A stretch of DNA of 64,000 nucleotides. Source: the human T2T-CHM13v2.0 reference genome, Homo sapiens. The position numbers and the translations under genes are program-made. The DNA lies in assembly GCF_009914755.1 (NCBI RefSeq), contig NC_060940.1; one strand, written 5' to 3'. Within the stretch, counting starts at the first letter, position 1. Each line of letters begins with the position of its first letter. The notes beneath the pieces are model-generated. The model worked only from the letters and a program-made list of their open reading frames with translations. It made no database searches and was not told where the DNA came from. Positions 23,121 to 42,956 of this stretch are shown here, in pieces.

Positions 23121-23959
23121 TGTTATTCTGAATGAAAATAACTTTCATTCAAAACTTGGCTTGCCACAGTCCTCTGGCATCCACTGTTGCAAATGGCAAG
23201 TCCAATGTTAGCCTGATTCTGGTTTCTTCACAGGTGAAATCTGTTTTGTTGTTCTCCTTTGAAAACGTGTAAGATCATTTCTTGATCCCTTATCAAAAAA
23301 AACAACAATGCGTCTCGACATGGGTGTTTTCAACTCACCTTTCTCAGCACTCAGTCTGCCCTTTCGTGTGAAGACTCACGAGGCCGTTTTCTTCCCGTGC
23401 GTACTGAACATGCTCCTTCCTTTCATCTTCTCTTCCAGCCACCCTGCATTTCAGAGGCTGAGCTTGGCTGCCCATTTGCGCCACTCACCTTCTACCTTGT
23501 ATCTCCACATTCGGCAATCCTCGAACACTACTGAATGTTTTGCTCTGGTGGTCACTTTTACATCCCAACAACTCTCTCTTGGTCTTCATGTTTTCTTTTT
23601 TCATGGCACCCAGCTTTCATCTGACAAATGCAATATCCTCTCAGCCTCCCACAAAATGTTAATTGGAGTTTCCCTAAGTAGGATGCTTATCAAAAAGATC
23701 AGCCTCTGTTCTCTGACTTGTCTGTGTACTTTGCAGTAGTCTGAATTCTCTGCCACAGTTCTTTACCCCTCGTCACACTGAAACCCATGCTGCAGCTGGC
23801 TTACGGTAGTGTAGACTTTCCTATCCTTGAATTTGGAGCTGTGGCCATAAGACTCACTGCGGACATCAGAAAGAGGCAGAAGCGACCGTGTGCCGGCCCA
23901 AGCTCGGCCTTACGAATCCTCATGGCTCCCATGTGCCCTTGGTCCCCAGTTCAAGGAGG

Positions 23960-24126
23960 ATGAGGGACGCCTGAGTCAGAGCCACCCCAGCCACTACGGC
24001 CTGAACAGTCACGGAGCATGGCCCAGCTGACACCAGCCAACCCACACATCCGTGAGGAAGGCGCTCATCTTGGGTGCTCCTGAGCTCTGCTGGTTGGCTG
24101 TTACACAGCTGTAGCTGACCAACACA
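23960..24126 (+). mobile_element. MLT1 (ERVL-MaLR) LTR 3' fragment
   Basis: gagccaccccagcc...ggttggctgttacacagctgtagctgaccaacaca. Confidence 0.6.
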
Positions 24127-24677
24127 CCCCAGGCATCTCTTAAACCTGTTGTGGTCTGTCTTTACAAGCTTCCTTACATCCTTTCTCTAGAACAAAACCT
24201 CATAAAAACAATTGGGCACACTTTAATGTTCCTATCTCTAAAACTCTGAAGAGAAGTAGAAAGGGATAGATGCAGGGAAGAGAGGGTGAGGGGCACAGCA
24301 CAGGGGGAAGGGCACCATGGTTCCTGGGCTCCTAGGCCCTCCATCCATGATCACGAGGGAGGAGAGAGGAGCACTCAGCAAATCACACAGGTGCAGAGGC
24401 GCAGCGACAGACCCCGACCAATTCAGCAACGCCACCAAGAGAGCAAACCCCAATCCCTTTCTCTTTAGGTCAACAGAGACCTACAGAAGAAAACCAGTAG
24501 TTTTCCGCCAAATGTCTTTCTTTAATTTGCTTTCAAGGTATCTTTATTAAGTGGTTTAATCTACATTCCCAACAATGAGAAACCACTTCAACAATTTACA
24601 AAATTATGCTTAAAAAATCACAGTAAAGGGAATATTATTTATGGTAGAGGGGAGAGTTTAAAAAATGACCCAGGATA

Positions 24678-26426
<1,749 letters not shown>

Positions 26427-28619
26427 TAATGATTAGTGATGTGGCATTTGAATTTAGGGGCCTTAGGAAAGTCACTTATTTACATATTAAGGTAAACATT
26501 CTGCTCGGCATTAGTACGTTCTAAGCGCAGCGCCAGCCATAAGTGATATAAAAATGAAAAGGTTCAAAGAAGTGATGCTGTGCTAGGCTTCAAGGGCAGG
26601 GCCTATTCTGGGCAGAGGGATGCTACAGTCAGGGCCCAGGAGCAGGACAGTGCTGTTGTCATTGGAGCGGAAGGGGAGCGTCAGGAGCTGATACAGGGAA
26701 GGAAGAAGGTCACACAGAGGCAGCAGCTCCCTGGCTGGTGACACCACAGTGAACACGGAAAGAAATCCTGCAGGTCTGCTGCATTCAGATGTCTTGGTTT
26801 GAAATGTGATACTTTCTAGCTCACGAGCCTGGGCAGTTATTTCACCCCTCAAAGCCGCATGTCCTCGCCTGAGCAAAAGGAATCCCGGCTCTCCCTGCAC
26901 GGCACGGGGCTGGGCAAGTGTGGGCTGACTGCAGCGTTCTTGAGCCACCACGGACAAGCCGTAAGCAGGGGCGTGCAGTGACGCAGTGTGTACTGGACTG
27001 GTCCCTGCTTGACAGACTGAAGAGGGGCAAGGCCAGAGACAGAGGGACCCACAAAGTGACAGATAAGATGGAGGCCTAGATGAGGGGGAAGAAACAATGA
27101 TAGCCTTGCAGGGCCAAAGCCACATGTGGGAGAGGAGCTACCTTGGACTTACAGGTTTCGCTCTAAGCACTCGAATGCTGGGATCAATCACCAATGTGGG
27201 AACCATGTTGAGGGCAGGCAGGAGCTGGCAGCTCCATGCTGGGTGGGCGACTGCATACCCACTGGCTGCATGGGTGGAAATATTCACGTTATCAGTGGCT
27301 GACGAGGACTTGGAGTCTGTAAGGGTCTCAGCTGAACTCAGAGCTGAAAGCCACCAAGAGAGGGATAGTGGCTGCAGAACAGGCTTGGGTAAGACGGCTC
27401 AGGCAAAGCGTAAAGTAGGGTACAGAAGAGCGCTATCGGGACCACCAGCCTTTGAGGGACACAAGAAGAGGGAATTTCAAAGGAAACAGAGAGGCAAGGG
27501 GAAAGCCAGGCAAGGGTGTTCTCAGGAAACCGATTTAATGCAGCCCACCAGCTGCACAGGGATGACATTTCACAATTTAAAAAAAACAGAAGCAGCCAAG
27601 GGAGGATGGAGTTTGGGGCAGGGCAGTCACAAATGCCAAGAAAAGGTAGTGAGCTCTGAAAGCACCTACCCTGCTTGTCAGCTGAGGAGCCCCTGGTGAC
27701 CCCCTCGTGACAGCAGTTTCAGGGAGGTGCAGGTGCTGAGGCTGGGGTGAGTGGTGCAGCTGAAAGAAACAGCGAAGCCCCATGCCTTCCAGCAGCGTGG
27801 CTGTGACGTGACAGGGAGGAGGGCTCAGGTGGCCCAAGTGCACACATGTGCCCACGCCCAAGTGGAGATACCTTGGGGGCCCTGAGAAAGGAGAGAAGGC
27901 TGAATACAGAGGGGGACGCCAAGCACCCGTCTCCCTTGACAGAGGAGTGGACACAGCCTGGGAGGGGAGGCGAAATAGAGGGGCAGATTGGCTTCTGAAC
28001 AAGCTGGAAGATGGAACGCTGACCTGTGACAACCTCCAGCAAAGCCACCTGCTGGAAGGAAGGGGGTGCTCCTGGGGGACAAAGCCATGCTTGGGAGCGA
28101 GCAGCGCTCACGCAGAGCCCGACTAGGGGCAGGTGGCATGACCTGGGCCCGCTGGGCCACAGTCATGGCAACAGCTCCTACAGGACCAACCCTTCCACAA
28201 ATAACAAAGAACGATTCTGGGGAAAAAAATGTATTTACAGAACAAAACACCCCTCTGAAGTCACTGGAGAGTAGTGGGAGCAGGCAGAACCTGGAGGAAG
28301 GCCGCAGAACATGGGAGGGTGCGGGTTTGTGCTTTTCACCCGAGGGCGGGCCCTGTCAGTTCCCCCGTCAGTGCCCAGCCCTGGGAAGAGGGGATAGGGC
28401 TGGGATGAGCGCAGCTGCTCACCAAGGAGAGCGTCCCAGACAAAGCCCAGGCTCTGCACGTGCCCGCCACACACCTGGCTGCCCCAGCCACGGTGGAGGG
28501 CCGACTTCGCACAGCTGGTGCGGTCTAAGGACTAAGGCACCTCCATCTGCTGCCTGCCCCCACCAGCAGAAGCCTCGACCTTGTCCAGACAATATTCCCT
28601 GTTGCAAGAGAGAAACAAC

Positions 28620-29660
28620 ACTCTTCAGAACATGAGAAAAGCTGGAAACTCTATAATCACACACAATGGCACAATCTAGAATTAGACATTCATAAAAATA
28701 GGGAAATGTGAGGAATACTCAAGAGAAAACGCGATGAATGGACACCAGCCCTAAGTGACCCCAATGCTGGAACTGGCAGACCAGGATTTGAAAGCAGCTA
28801 TTATAATGACATTCAAAGATGTAAAAACAAAAATGCCCACAATACATGAATGGACAGAATCTCAGCAGAAAAAGAGAAATTATAAAAAAGAACCATACAG
28901 AAATTCTGAAACTAAAAATACAGTATCTGGTATGAAAACGTCCATTAGCTTGGTGTACCAGCAGACTGAAAATGACAGAAGGGTACAAGAGCTTGAAGAC
29001 AGATAAAAAGAAAATGTCCCATCTGAGGGAGAGAGAGAGAAGAATTTGAAAAATGAACTGAGCTTCACCTCAGATCTGTGGGACAAGACCAAAGGTTTCT
29101 CATACATGAGAACTGGAGTCTCAGATGGAGAAGAGGAGGAGAATGAGGAAGAAAGAATACTTCAATACTGGCTGAAAAGTTTCTGTTGTAGTGCAAAACA
29201 TAAGCTGAAACAAGCAGTTCAGTAAACAAGAAATGAAATAAAAGAAAATTACACCAAGGCACATCACAGACAAACCATTCCAAACCAAAGACAACATCCT
29301 CAACGCAGCCAGAGAAAAATGGCCCACGGCATACAGCGACAGAAATGCTAGAGGACTTTTCTTTAGAAAAACAAGAGCCAGAATATAGCAAAATGACATT
29401 GTTAAAGTTAAAACAAAAACTCTCAATGAAGAATTCCATAATTAGCCAGAATGAAGGCAAAACAAAGATATTTTCAGATAAATGAAAACTAAAATCCACT
29501 GTCAGCAGAACTGCAGTGAAAGAAATGTGAAAGGAAGTTCTTCAGGCTGACGGGAAATGAGACCAGATGGAAATTCCAATTTTCAGGATAAAATGAAGAG
29601 CAGTGGGAATAGTAAATAGTATGGATAATATAAAAGACTATCATCTTTTTCCTTTTCCTT
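28620..29660 (+). mobile_element. Old L1M ORF1 relic
   Basis: Degenerate ORF1-like peptide MLELADQDLKAAIIMTFKDVK...RVQELEDR; aaattacaccaaggcacatca. Confidence 0.8.
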
Positions 29661-29921
29661 TCTTAGAATAGATGCAAAAATCCTAGCCCTGTTTTACATG
29701 GTGCAGAGCACACGTAGCTGGACCCATGTGACAAGTACACATACAGGACAGGGCAGAGCTGCACTGATGATGCCTGGTAAACGGCTGACAACTGGTGAGG
29801 ACGGGGCGGCCCCTGATCTGTGTCATCTGCCGATCCACAAAGCATAAATGCTCTGCCACGGCTGACGACATGCCACCATCAGCCACCAATGCAACATCAG
29901 CGGGCTTTAAAAAATCCTGGA

Positions 29922-30249
<328 letters not shown>

Positions 30250-30601
30250 TCAGGAGATACCATGAGCTGGCCTCGGCACCCCAATGAACAACACAGTGAC
30301 AAGAGGCTTCTGTGTCACATGGAGTGGCTCAACATTAACTCAGAGTAGAGCCTGAAAAGGTAAAGATGTGTAGTGCATTCCTGTTGCTTCTCTTAAATGG
30401 GGGGCTCATAGAGGGCGCAAAGTCCTAGCGTCCTACAGAAGCTCTTCTACGATGAAGAACTTGACTCCTCCTGTGTCTCTAATCACATTTTCTTCAGGGA
30501 AATTGAGAAAACCATCACTCAAATGATTCTCTGTGCCCTGGGGTTCAAATCAGAATCCGTGGCTGAGGAATGCTACAGGCAACCAGCTTAAAAATAGTAA
30601 G

Positions 30602-30945
30602 TACAGATGGTCCCTGACTGAAGATGGCTGGAGTTGACGATTTTTCGACTTTACAACAGTGCAAAAGCAACATGCATTCAGAAGGAACTGCTTCGAGCGC
30701 CCATACAACCATTCTGTTTTCCACTTTCAGTACAGACTCAATAGATTACATGAGTCAAAACTTCACTATGAAGTGGGCTGTGTGTTAGATAATTTTGCCC
30801 ACCTGCAGGCTAATGCAAGCGTTCTGAGCACATTTAAGGTAGGCTAGGCTAAGCCATGATGTGTAGCAGGTGTGGTGTATTCACTGCATTGCAACTTGTG
30901 GTATTTTCAACTTGCAGCCCCCACTGTAAGTTGAAAAGCATCTAT
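30602..30945 (-). mobile_element. Tigger-family MITE (MER47A-like), near full length
   Basis: Terminal inverted repeats cagatggtccctgact...aagttgaaaagcatct; internal atttaaggtaggctaggctaagc. Confidence 0.75.
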
Positions 30946-31163
30946 GCGGTAAAATGGAACTGTCTAATCTAGGTGAAGGGTACTCACTGTGAAACTTTTT
31001 CAACTTCACCGTGTGTTTCAAAGTCCTCATAATAAAATGTTAGATAAAGAACCCATAAGGAAATTGAAACTATCAAGGCTTCTCGATTTCGGCTACACAC
31101 TGGAATCCCAGCACAACCCAGGAAAGGCCACAGACTGTGGGCATTTTAGAATTTAGATTTTAG

Positions 31164-31526
<363 letters not shown>

Positions 31527-31589
31527 CTAATTGGTTGGGATAGATTTTGTTTTGGAGTTTGGTCTTTAGCTCTCTTCAGCTGTAACAAC

Positions 31590-31785
31590 GCTGCATGGCA
31601 AACACAAACCCCAGGGGCACACAATGGAAAACATTCATTTAAAATAATTTTTAAAAACTCAGTTTTAATCGATAATATGGTAAATACCTATAGATGTGAC
31701 CCACATAAACATGGATTCTTTGGAATCTCTAATTTTTAAGAGTGCAAAGGGGTCCTAAGACCAAAAAGATTGAAAACTACTGGTA
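31590..31785 (+). mobile_element. hAT-Charlie fragment (MER20B-like end)
   Basis: aatttttaagagtgcaaaggggtcctaagaccaaaaagattgaaaactactg. Confidence 0.55.
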
Positions 31786-32259
31786 TATAAACAAGTTTAA
31801 TGAAAGTATACCTCCTTCACTGTCTCACAAAAAGAAAACTTTAAAAAATTATAATTCCTCAAAGTCCAAAGTTACAGAACTTACTTTGTTGAGAGTATTA
31901 GTAAAAGCAGTTTCCATCTCAGCTTGTACACTACAACAGCTTCCCTAAGTTTCAGTAAATCATCAACACAGGGACTGGAGCGCTGGAGAGTGCACCGCAG
32001 TTCTCAGCCACACCCACGAGGGGCAGGGGGCTCAGAAGCCACACACAGTGACCTGGAGCTGCAGCCAGGCACTGGGTACGGGGTTTACTAGGCTACAATC
32101 TCTACTCCTGAACTGGAAAATGTTCACAATAAATAGGTCAGGAAAAAAAGGAATGATTTCACTGGTTAATGTGTACTCATAGGCACTGCCCACACAACGG
32201 TGTGTTTTCCACTTTCAGTACAGTCCCACCTTTCTTTTCCTCTGCTATTTTCTTCAGCC

Positions 32260-32470
32260 AGCCACAGGGTTAAGAGCATTAGCTCTGGCTTTGAATCCCA
32301 GCTGACCTCAGGAAAATTTCTTATCTGTGACTCAGTTCTCCCATCTGTAAAATGGGGTAAAAATCACCACATGGGATCAGTTACAATTAAATAGGTATAA
32401 TCAGCCCTCAAAGGGCTGTTATGAAGATGATGTAAGTCAGTATCTGTCATGTAAGTTAGTCATGTGCTTG
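32260..32470 (+). mobile_element. MIR
   Basis: ggttaagagc...tttgaatcccagct...ctcagttctcccatctgtaaaatgggg. Confidence 0.75.
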
Positions 32471-34029
32471 GACTGTTGTTCAAGTATATAAAAGCTTCCC
32501 TAACCTTTTACATACTAAGAAATTTTTTAAATGTCTGACCACTCTATAAATTAAACTGTATCACTGTAAGACTTCTGAAGAAGCAGAGAAAAACCAAAAC
32601 AGAAGTAGGATACAGAAAAGACAGAGAGAAAACTTTATAGTAATAAAACTATACAACTTACTGTGACTTTAGACTTTCTGAAGGGCAATAACCTGCACCC
32701 AACAGAATATTAAAAGGATTCACATGAAAAGTGACTAAGAAAACCAAGTTAACTCACTTGCCAATTTCCGGACAACAGAAACCGCGACCCTCTATGACTA
32801 ATGAATGGAGAATGCTGCAGGTAATTAAGAGCGTCTGCTCGCTGCGGTATTTTAAGCACTGTGGGGTTTGAGAATGACCACTCGTGGCCTCAGAGCCGAC
32901 CCGCCAGCCTACGCAGGCTTTGCCACAGCTCACATGAGAGTCAGCTCACCCTCTGTCTCTCTGGGCACCAAAGCATGCAGACGAGACAATGACAGATACT
33001 CGCTACTTTGAAATTATACAGAAAAAAAAAAAAAGAATGGGGATGTCAATAATTACATCCTGAAGAAAAAGCACTGAAGGGTCCATCCCTTAAGATTCAC
33101 AGGGTGTGCAGGGCACAGGTTCCTAGGCTGGACTGTCTGGAGACAAAGGAAGCGGCACTCCACGGCAGGCCTTTCTCCTGGGATGGCATGGGGGAAGGAA
33201 GAGGAGGAGCCCTTTCTACAGCGGAGGGACTCCCTGCAATTCCGACGCCAAGTGTCCGCTCTGGGGTTGGAGCATCGCGGCATCACCAGGATGAGGGTGC
33301 GGTGAAGACGCTCAACCAAGAGCCACAGACCCTCCCAAGAGCAGTGGATAAGACAAAGACTGTTGCGACCTCAGGGGGTTGCTACGAGGGTCAAGTGGGG
33401 ACAGGAGCCCTCGCAGGGCTGCAGTAAGGAGTTACTGTCTCCATACCATACCGTGCTCATTACATCAACAGAGGCTGCAGCTGCTGGGGAAATGGGTCCT
33501 TCCTGAGTTAGGATCTAAATCAGAGACAGGTGGCTCTCGATGGCGTTGTCAGAACGGGACTTTAGAAACAAAGCAGTTATGAAGCCTGTGGAAGGCACGA
33601 AGCGCCGTGCCAGGGACGGGGACGGTGCGGGGCGGTTGGGGGAGAGCGCACAGGGTGAGCGAGTGCGGCTCTGGGCCTCACGTGGCGCACCTGCTAGGAG
33701 ACAAACATCTTTGTAAATAACACAGGGAGAATAGAGGCCAGCAGATGCGGACACAGCCGGCCGCGGTACCTCTATGCCATGGGGGCTCAGGACCAGTGAC
33801 CCCACTGGAAAGCGCCACCCTGGTCTCTGTCGCCCCACTACTGACGATTCTGCAAACCACACAAGCATTTATTTTACCGGGTATGCATTATCTGGTCCAT
33901 CTAGTCCTACAAACCACCTTACTCTCCCCTCCCCAAAGCCTCCACTACTATGGCATGGTTACCAACTTTGCAGCTGATCATAACACGGCAGAGGCTGGCG
34001 TGCAGAGCCACAGGGGCTCAGGCCGCGCC

Positions 34030-34208
34030 TCACTACCCACGCTGAGCTGTCCACGTGTACGTTAAAGAAAAATAAAGACTCAGGTAGCCAGTCACATTAG
34101 CCATGTTTCAAGTGCGCGGAAGGCACGTGTGGCTGCTGACAACCAACTCAGTGCAGGTGGAAAACACTCCGTCACCACAGAGAGCGCTTCAGGACAACAC
34201 CGCTCTAG
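34030..34208 (+). mobile_element. MER3/MER33-like hAT element
   Basis: cagtcacattagccatgtttcaagtgc...cacgtgtggctg...tcaccacagagagc...ggacaacaccgctctag. Confidence 0.65.
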
Positions 34209-34736
<528 letters not shown>

Positions 34737-34928
34737 TAAAAAACATCAATAATTGAGATTTTTACAGCCAAAGCATATTCATGTATTGCTTATAGAATTT
34801 AGAAAAATACACATAAGATTGGCATTTATGAAAGATCTGAAAGCATTTAACAATGCCCTCACGGGGATCTGGGGTGTGCCCATCCTCCGTCCGTCAGACG
34901 TCCTCCTGAAACCCGTGCGTGCACTCAC

Positions 34929-35052
34929 CTTTGCTGTGTTTTCCTAAGGGCCTCTTGGGCAGCGACTCCTCCGTGGAATGTGCTGATGTGTGCAGGGCAT
35001 TCTCCAAACTATTACTGACACTGCTGACAGGGGCCTCAGTTCTTGGAGTGAT
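34929..35052 (-). CDS. ZCCHC14: ZCCHC14 internal coding exon (probably exon 2), 124 bp, ITPRTEAPVSSVSNSLENALHTSAHSTEESLPKRPLGKHSK plus 1 nt
   Basis: Minus strand: polypyrimidine tract ...ttctgtttctgttccctcag|ATC acceptor and AAAG|gtgagt donor. The 41 codons match the recalled human ZCCHC14 protein. The spare G joins the TG of the next exon to give Val. Confidence 0.95.
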
Positions 35053-35328
35053 CTGAGGGAACAGAAACAGAATCATCTTATTTTCTCCCACGGAGTTAAT
35101 AGGGGACAATTTTATTTGTTAATTAAGTCTTTCATAATTACCTTGGTTTCCATTTTTCTACAAAACATGTATTATTATAATAATAAGCCTTCCCCAAGAA
35201 AGATGAAAATTTCACCTACTACTCTCCACTGAAAGTGCAAAAGAGCTCAGATAACTTGAGTCAAACACGGGCGCTTACGTCTTGTGGCTGGGGTTCATCG
35301 GGTGCACAGAAACTATGGTAGCCAAAGA

Positions 35329-35625
<297 letters not shown>

Positions 35626-36906
35626 GAACTATGTTAGCCAAGGTGGCATGAATTATATATTTTTATTTGAGGCAAACTTTTATTTTCATATTTCTTCAAA
35701 TCAAATAGCTCCCTATAAAACGAATTACACAGCAGGACTTAACATTCTCCTTCTATAAATCTTAAATCATAAAATGCTTTAAAAACAACAGCAAAGAACA
35801 GAATACAACTGGGTCTATTTGGGGTACAGTTTGAAAAAGCATATCCTAAAATTACATCCCAATTCCATTTCTAGGAATTCACCATACCAAGTACTCACAC
35901 GTGAGAAAATGACCTGATGGGGTGTGCCCACTGCAGGAGTGTCTGTGACAGGGAAAGCGGGGCACACCCTCAGTCCCCATCGACAGAGACCTGCTAAGCA
36001 CAGACAGTGTACCTGCAGGTGACGGCCGCCCCCAAGCTGTGGGTGGGGGAGGCCCTCCTGACCACCAGTGCTCCCAACACACAACAAGCGCAGAAACAAG
36101 CCACGGGCTAGCCAGGCTCGTCCCACCCCTCCTGCTTCCTGGGTTCAGTGATGGTGTGAATGTGGAATAAGCTGGAAGGGGCCCAGAGGGGCGAGAGGAG
36201 GGGGGTAGCAATAACCTTCATTCCCTCCCCATCAGTATTTTAAAATTTCACAGCCAAAACACATTTATAACTTATAGGATTTAGAAGAATAAAAATGGCC
36301 AATGCTGTAACTTCTTTACAGTCTCAATGTATTTCAAAATTTCGGAGGATATGAGAGGCGTAAGATTTTAAAGTTCATCAAAAGAGCTGATAAGCAATGC
36401 TGCATTCACAGTATGGGAAAGTACATGGCACAAGCAGCCTGGAAAATGGCCTGACCTCTCCAGCCTCCACTTGTTCTTTCATCTCATACCTGGACGGTAG
36501 GTGGCAGTTGACCAAAACATCCCCTAAGTTCACTCACAAGCACAGATCCCAGCACTCGCTCTGCAGAGGGCTGGCCAGGTAGGCGTGGCCTCGACCTCAG
36601 ACAGGATGAAAGTGGAGGCGGAAGCTGGAGTTGGGAGGAAAGGGTGGAGACTGCTGCCACTCCGGCAGGACCAGCACCTGCTGTATTCCACAGACAGCAA
36701 GCCACAGGGGCCACACCCAAGTCCATAGCGAGATCCTCTGATCCCAGCTCTGTCAATGCCCCTGCCCCCCAGCAAGAAGCCCTCCTGGGCTGTTCATGCA
36801 GGGAGAGGGACTAACAGATCCCACGCGGCTCAACAGATGCCTTCCAAGAAAAGCAACTTGTCACAGGGCTACATAATTGGGAAGTTTATGTAACTCGAGA
36901 AAATAA

Positions 36907-38900
<1,994 letters not shown>

Positions 38901-40579
38901 CAGCTGAGAGTGAGCTGCCTTGACAACCAGCATCAGCAGTTCCAACTTTGCTGGTAGTGGCAAACCTTCCTGCCCCAAAAAGAAACACGTGTGATCAGTG
39001 CGTTCTCGCACACACACACCGCCTGCCCACCCTAAAACACTCCAAAGAGACACAAAGGAAAGCCAGCCTCCCAACTCTCAGCCTGCTAGGGGAGGAAGGG
39101 GAGAGGAGGGCTGAGCAGGGGAAAACACAGCCTTGGAGAGAAGGAGAGCAGTACTGATTAGTGCTTCTCGGCCTCGACAGCACACTGGAACACCAAGGCC
39201 CTGAGAAAACCACATCCCACACTCCCCACCAAAATCAGAGTTTCTGGAAACGGGGCTTCTTTTGTTTTGTGCCTGAAGCTTCTCTGGTGATTCTAATTTG
39301 CAGCTAGGCTAAGAACCAACCACGACCCCAAGTCCAGGTTTTATACTGCACCCATCATCCGGTCCAATCCCGGCAAGGACAAAGAGGAGACCCAGAGAAA
39401 ACAGGAAGTCTTTTCCCCACGCAGACAGGAAGAGCTAAAGGCTGTAGGTCCGTCTGCCACAACCACAACTGGAAGGGGAAAGCCCGTGAGCCACCCTAGC
39501 AAAACACACACTGCATCTGACATCAAGACAGGAAGGAAAACTCTTTAGAATGGCAACTGCTGGAAAAGAAAGACCTGTTTTCCTCCGTATATTTTCCCAA
39601 GGAATTTCTTCTTAGTTTTCCACATGTTCACTTTTTCCAACCAAGCCTTTATCGTAACTTTGTTCCTTTGTTTACATTGAAAGCTGTCTTCACTTGTGTT
39701 TCCCAGAAATGCTGTTTTGGGGTTATTTTTGGTGAAGTTAGTTTGCTCCACGTGACCTATGTTCCACTCAAGTGCTCTCTGACTCAGGCTCACCCGCAGG
39801 ACTCGTCATCTGGCCTGATGTGCACGAGAGGGAAGACTGACCGGCTCCAAAGGCTGCCTTCTGCTACTGCTAGGAAGGCAACGATAAGCTGCTCTCTTCC
39901 TCTCCACAGCCAGCCTCTTCCCACAACCCACAAAAACCCTCTGCCTGGCCCCTGCAACCTGGCATCCAGTCCTCCCCCAGCTCTTCACTCCATGCACTGC
40001 TGCCCTGGGCACAGCAGTCACATCTGCCTGGGGCCTTCGCCCTGGCTGTCCCCTCTGCCTGGAAGCGCCCCTGTGCCTTCCCATCTATACTCAAACGTCC
40101 TTCTTAGCAAGACTTCTCGATGCTCAGCAAGGCAGCTGTGTTTCTGGTTTGCTTTGTTCACTGCTGTTCCTTTGCACTTCGAACTGGGCCTGGCATGAAG
40201 CAGGCCGTTAATAAGGATCTGTAAAATACATCATGATATCACCAAATTTTAATGAAATTCAGAATCAAACGGAAAGCACTTCTATTTCAAACAAAAACTT
40301 CTGCAATCTACATTATGTAACAGACAATCAGATTGTTCCACCACATCTACAAAGCGCTAACCCAGGAATGAAATATGACTCTGAAGCAAGCTACTGGTAG
40401 TCACGGGGCACACCCGCCCCTGGGGCTCTTCCAGGAAAGCTGACTGAGGTTCCACAGTGGCCACACATCTAGGGGCACCTGGACTTGGGCAGCCCGCCTC
40501 TGGCTCTTATGCAATCACCCTTCTTACTGTTACAGTTTAAAGAGAGGAGGCCTCTGCTTCCAAACTTTAATGTGCAAAA

Positions 40580-40680
40580 TGCCTCCGGATCTGGCTGAAA
40601 CGCAGGTTTGATTCATGAGGTCCGGGGTGGGCCTGAGAATCTTGCATTTCTAACCAGCTCCCACATGATAATGCTGCTGC
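40580..40680. mobile_element. MER5A fragment
   Basis: gattcatgaggtccggggtgggcctgagaatcttgcatttctaaccagctccca. Confidence 0.75.
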
Positions 40681-41364
40681 ATGAATATTTCAAGGTAAAT
40701 CTTCACCATGATCAAAACAGTCAAAGGCTCAACAGCCTCCTCTTATTTTTTTATTAAAAAAAAATAAACAGAGCCAGGGTCTCACCATGTTACCCAGGCT
40801 GATCTCAAACTCCTGGGCTCAAGCCATCCTCCAGCCTTAGCTGGGATTACAGGCGTGAGCCACCGAGCCCGGTCTCCGCAACGTCCCTTTAGATGGGATG
40901 GAAAAGGGAATCCCCGCACTGCGCAATTAGACCAGAGGGAATCAAAGGCCCTTCCAGGCAAGGGTGAGGAGCTACGCCTGCAGAAGAGCTGACGCTGGCT
41001 GCAGGTTGTGACCCCCGCTAACTACCCCCCGCCTCAGGTATTTACGCTTTTTTTTAAAAAAAGGTTTGTCCTTAGTTCATGCCGCCTGACAGAAAAAAAC
41101 CCAGCACCACACAGGCTACTTTACAGCTCTGTGCTTACAACCCACTTTAATGTTCACGGACCTGACCATAACTTTTAGAAGAGAATTAATTTCTAAAAAT
41201 CTATTTCCTGAAAGCTCTTCCAAAGACATCCAAGTGGGACGTGCTGACGCAGTCAGATGGAAGCACAGCCCCCCAACACTGACGGCAGCCTCGGTCTGCA
41301 GAAGACTCGCTGCACCCCACTGGTGGGCATTTGAAAACTGCTCAGAAAAACGGCAGTGAGCTTT

Positions 41365-41790
41365 TAGAGCAGGGTTTTAACCTTTTCTTTGTGCCAGCGA
41401 CCTCTCTGGCAGTTCGATGACACCTACTGAGCCCTTCTAAGAAACATATTTTAAATGCATAAAATACACAGGACTGCAAACAAAGCCAATTATATTGAAA
41501 ACCGTCATCTAAGTATTAGAAGACGAATGGGCTCCTCGAACAGAGTCTGTGGGTCTCAGCTCACTTCACAGGAGCGCTGAGCATGAAGGAGACTTGAAGA
41601 CGCTTTCTACGACTGTGCAATCAAAGTATCTGTGACTGCATCTGTGACCAAGTCACAGGTACTGTTCGTATGACTGTGGATTCCTGCCTGCTTCCATAAA
41701 GGCAGGGAATGCTCAATTCCCAGTTAGAGGCTGGAGAAAGTGAAGTTGTGATGGCTTCCACTCTCCATGGCTAGGAGCCCCTACTGGGAC
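41365..41790 (+). mobile_element. hAT-Charlie element (MER119-like)
   Basis: aaccttttctttgtgcca...ggcagt...cccttctaagaaacatattttaaatgcataaaatacacagga...gccaattatattgaaa. Confidence 0.55.
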
Positions 41791-42557
41791 AGTCACATCT
41801 AACCGTGCCCACCAGAGGGGCAGCCTGCCACTGCCCTCCTCACCTTGTTTCTTTACAAATACGGACCTGAACAGTATTCACATCAGCATGCCACATAAAA
41901 ACAAGCCCTGGAAAAGCCTCACAGTCACTTTGGAGGTCACGTGTTTTTCATGAAAAAAAAAAATTGTTTTTTTTTTTTTTTTACTAAAGAGACAGGGTCC
42001 CGCTATGTTGCCCCATCTGACCTCTAACTCCTGGCCTCAAAAGTGGTCCTCCACCAGATCAGACCTGTTGATAGATGAAAACTGTCTGCTTTCTCCTCTG
42101 GCGGGAGAAGACTATTCTTCCTTTTAAAAGGAAACTCGAATGAGGACTGCAAGCCTCTCGTTTTACCGGACACTAAACCCAAAATTAAGGATAATGGAGA
42201 TCTGGTTTTTATCAAGCCTCAATAATGTAACACTGCCCCAAGCGAAAACAGAAAAAGATTTCATCCAACTCTGCACCCCTGGGGTAATTAAGCAAGAGAA
42301 ACTGGGCACAGTTTACTGTCAGGCAAGCTCTCCTGGAGCAAATATGATTGGTAATAAAATGTCTGCCATTTCTGTTCACGGTGTGAGTACCTCTGGAGGA
42401 CAGATGTACCACTATGACATGAATACAGCATCCCTTTCTCAACAGTAGGATCAGAAGCCTATTTTTAATGTCATCCCACCAATTCCCGTTGGTTCTGAAA
42501 ATTGGAATAGGTGTCAAGGATCTGGAGATGACAACTTGACTTCCTTGGGGACTCTGA

Positions 42558-42956
<399 letters not shown>

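Noticed and set aside
26583-28635. Cluster of 140-200 aa ORFs on both strands
   Set aside because: GC-rich DNA depleted of stop codons; no protein-family resemblance or exon structure.
42140-42448. 102-aa ORF containing GR peptide as a functional gene
   Set aside because: It starts out of frame relative to GR and enters the GR frame only through a frameshift. It ends at a CAG>TAG mutation and has no evident promoter.
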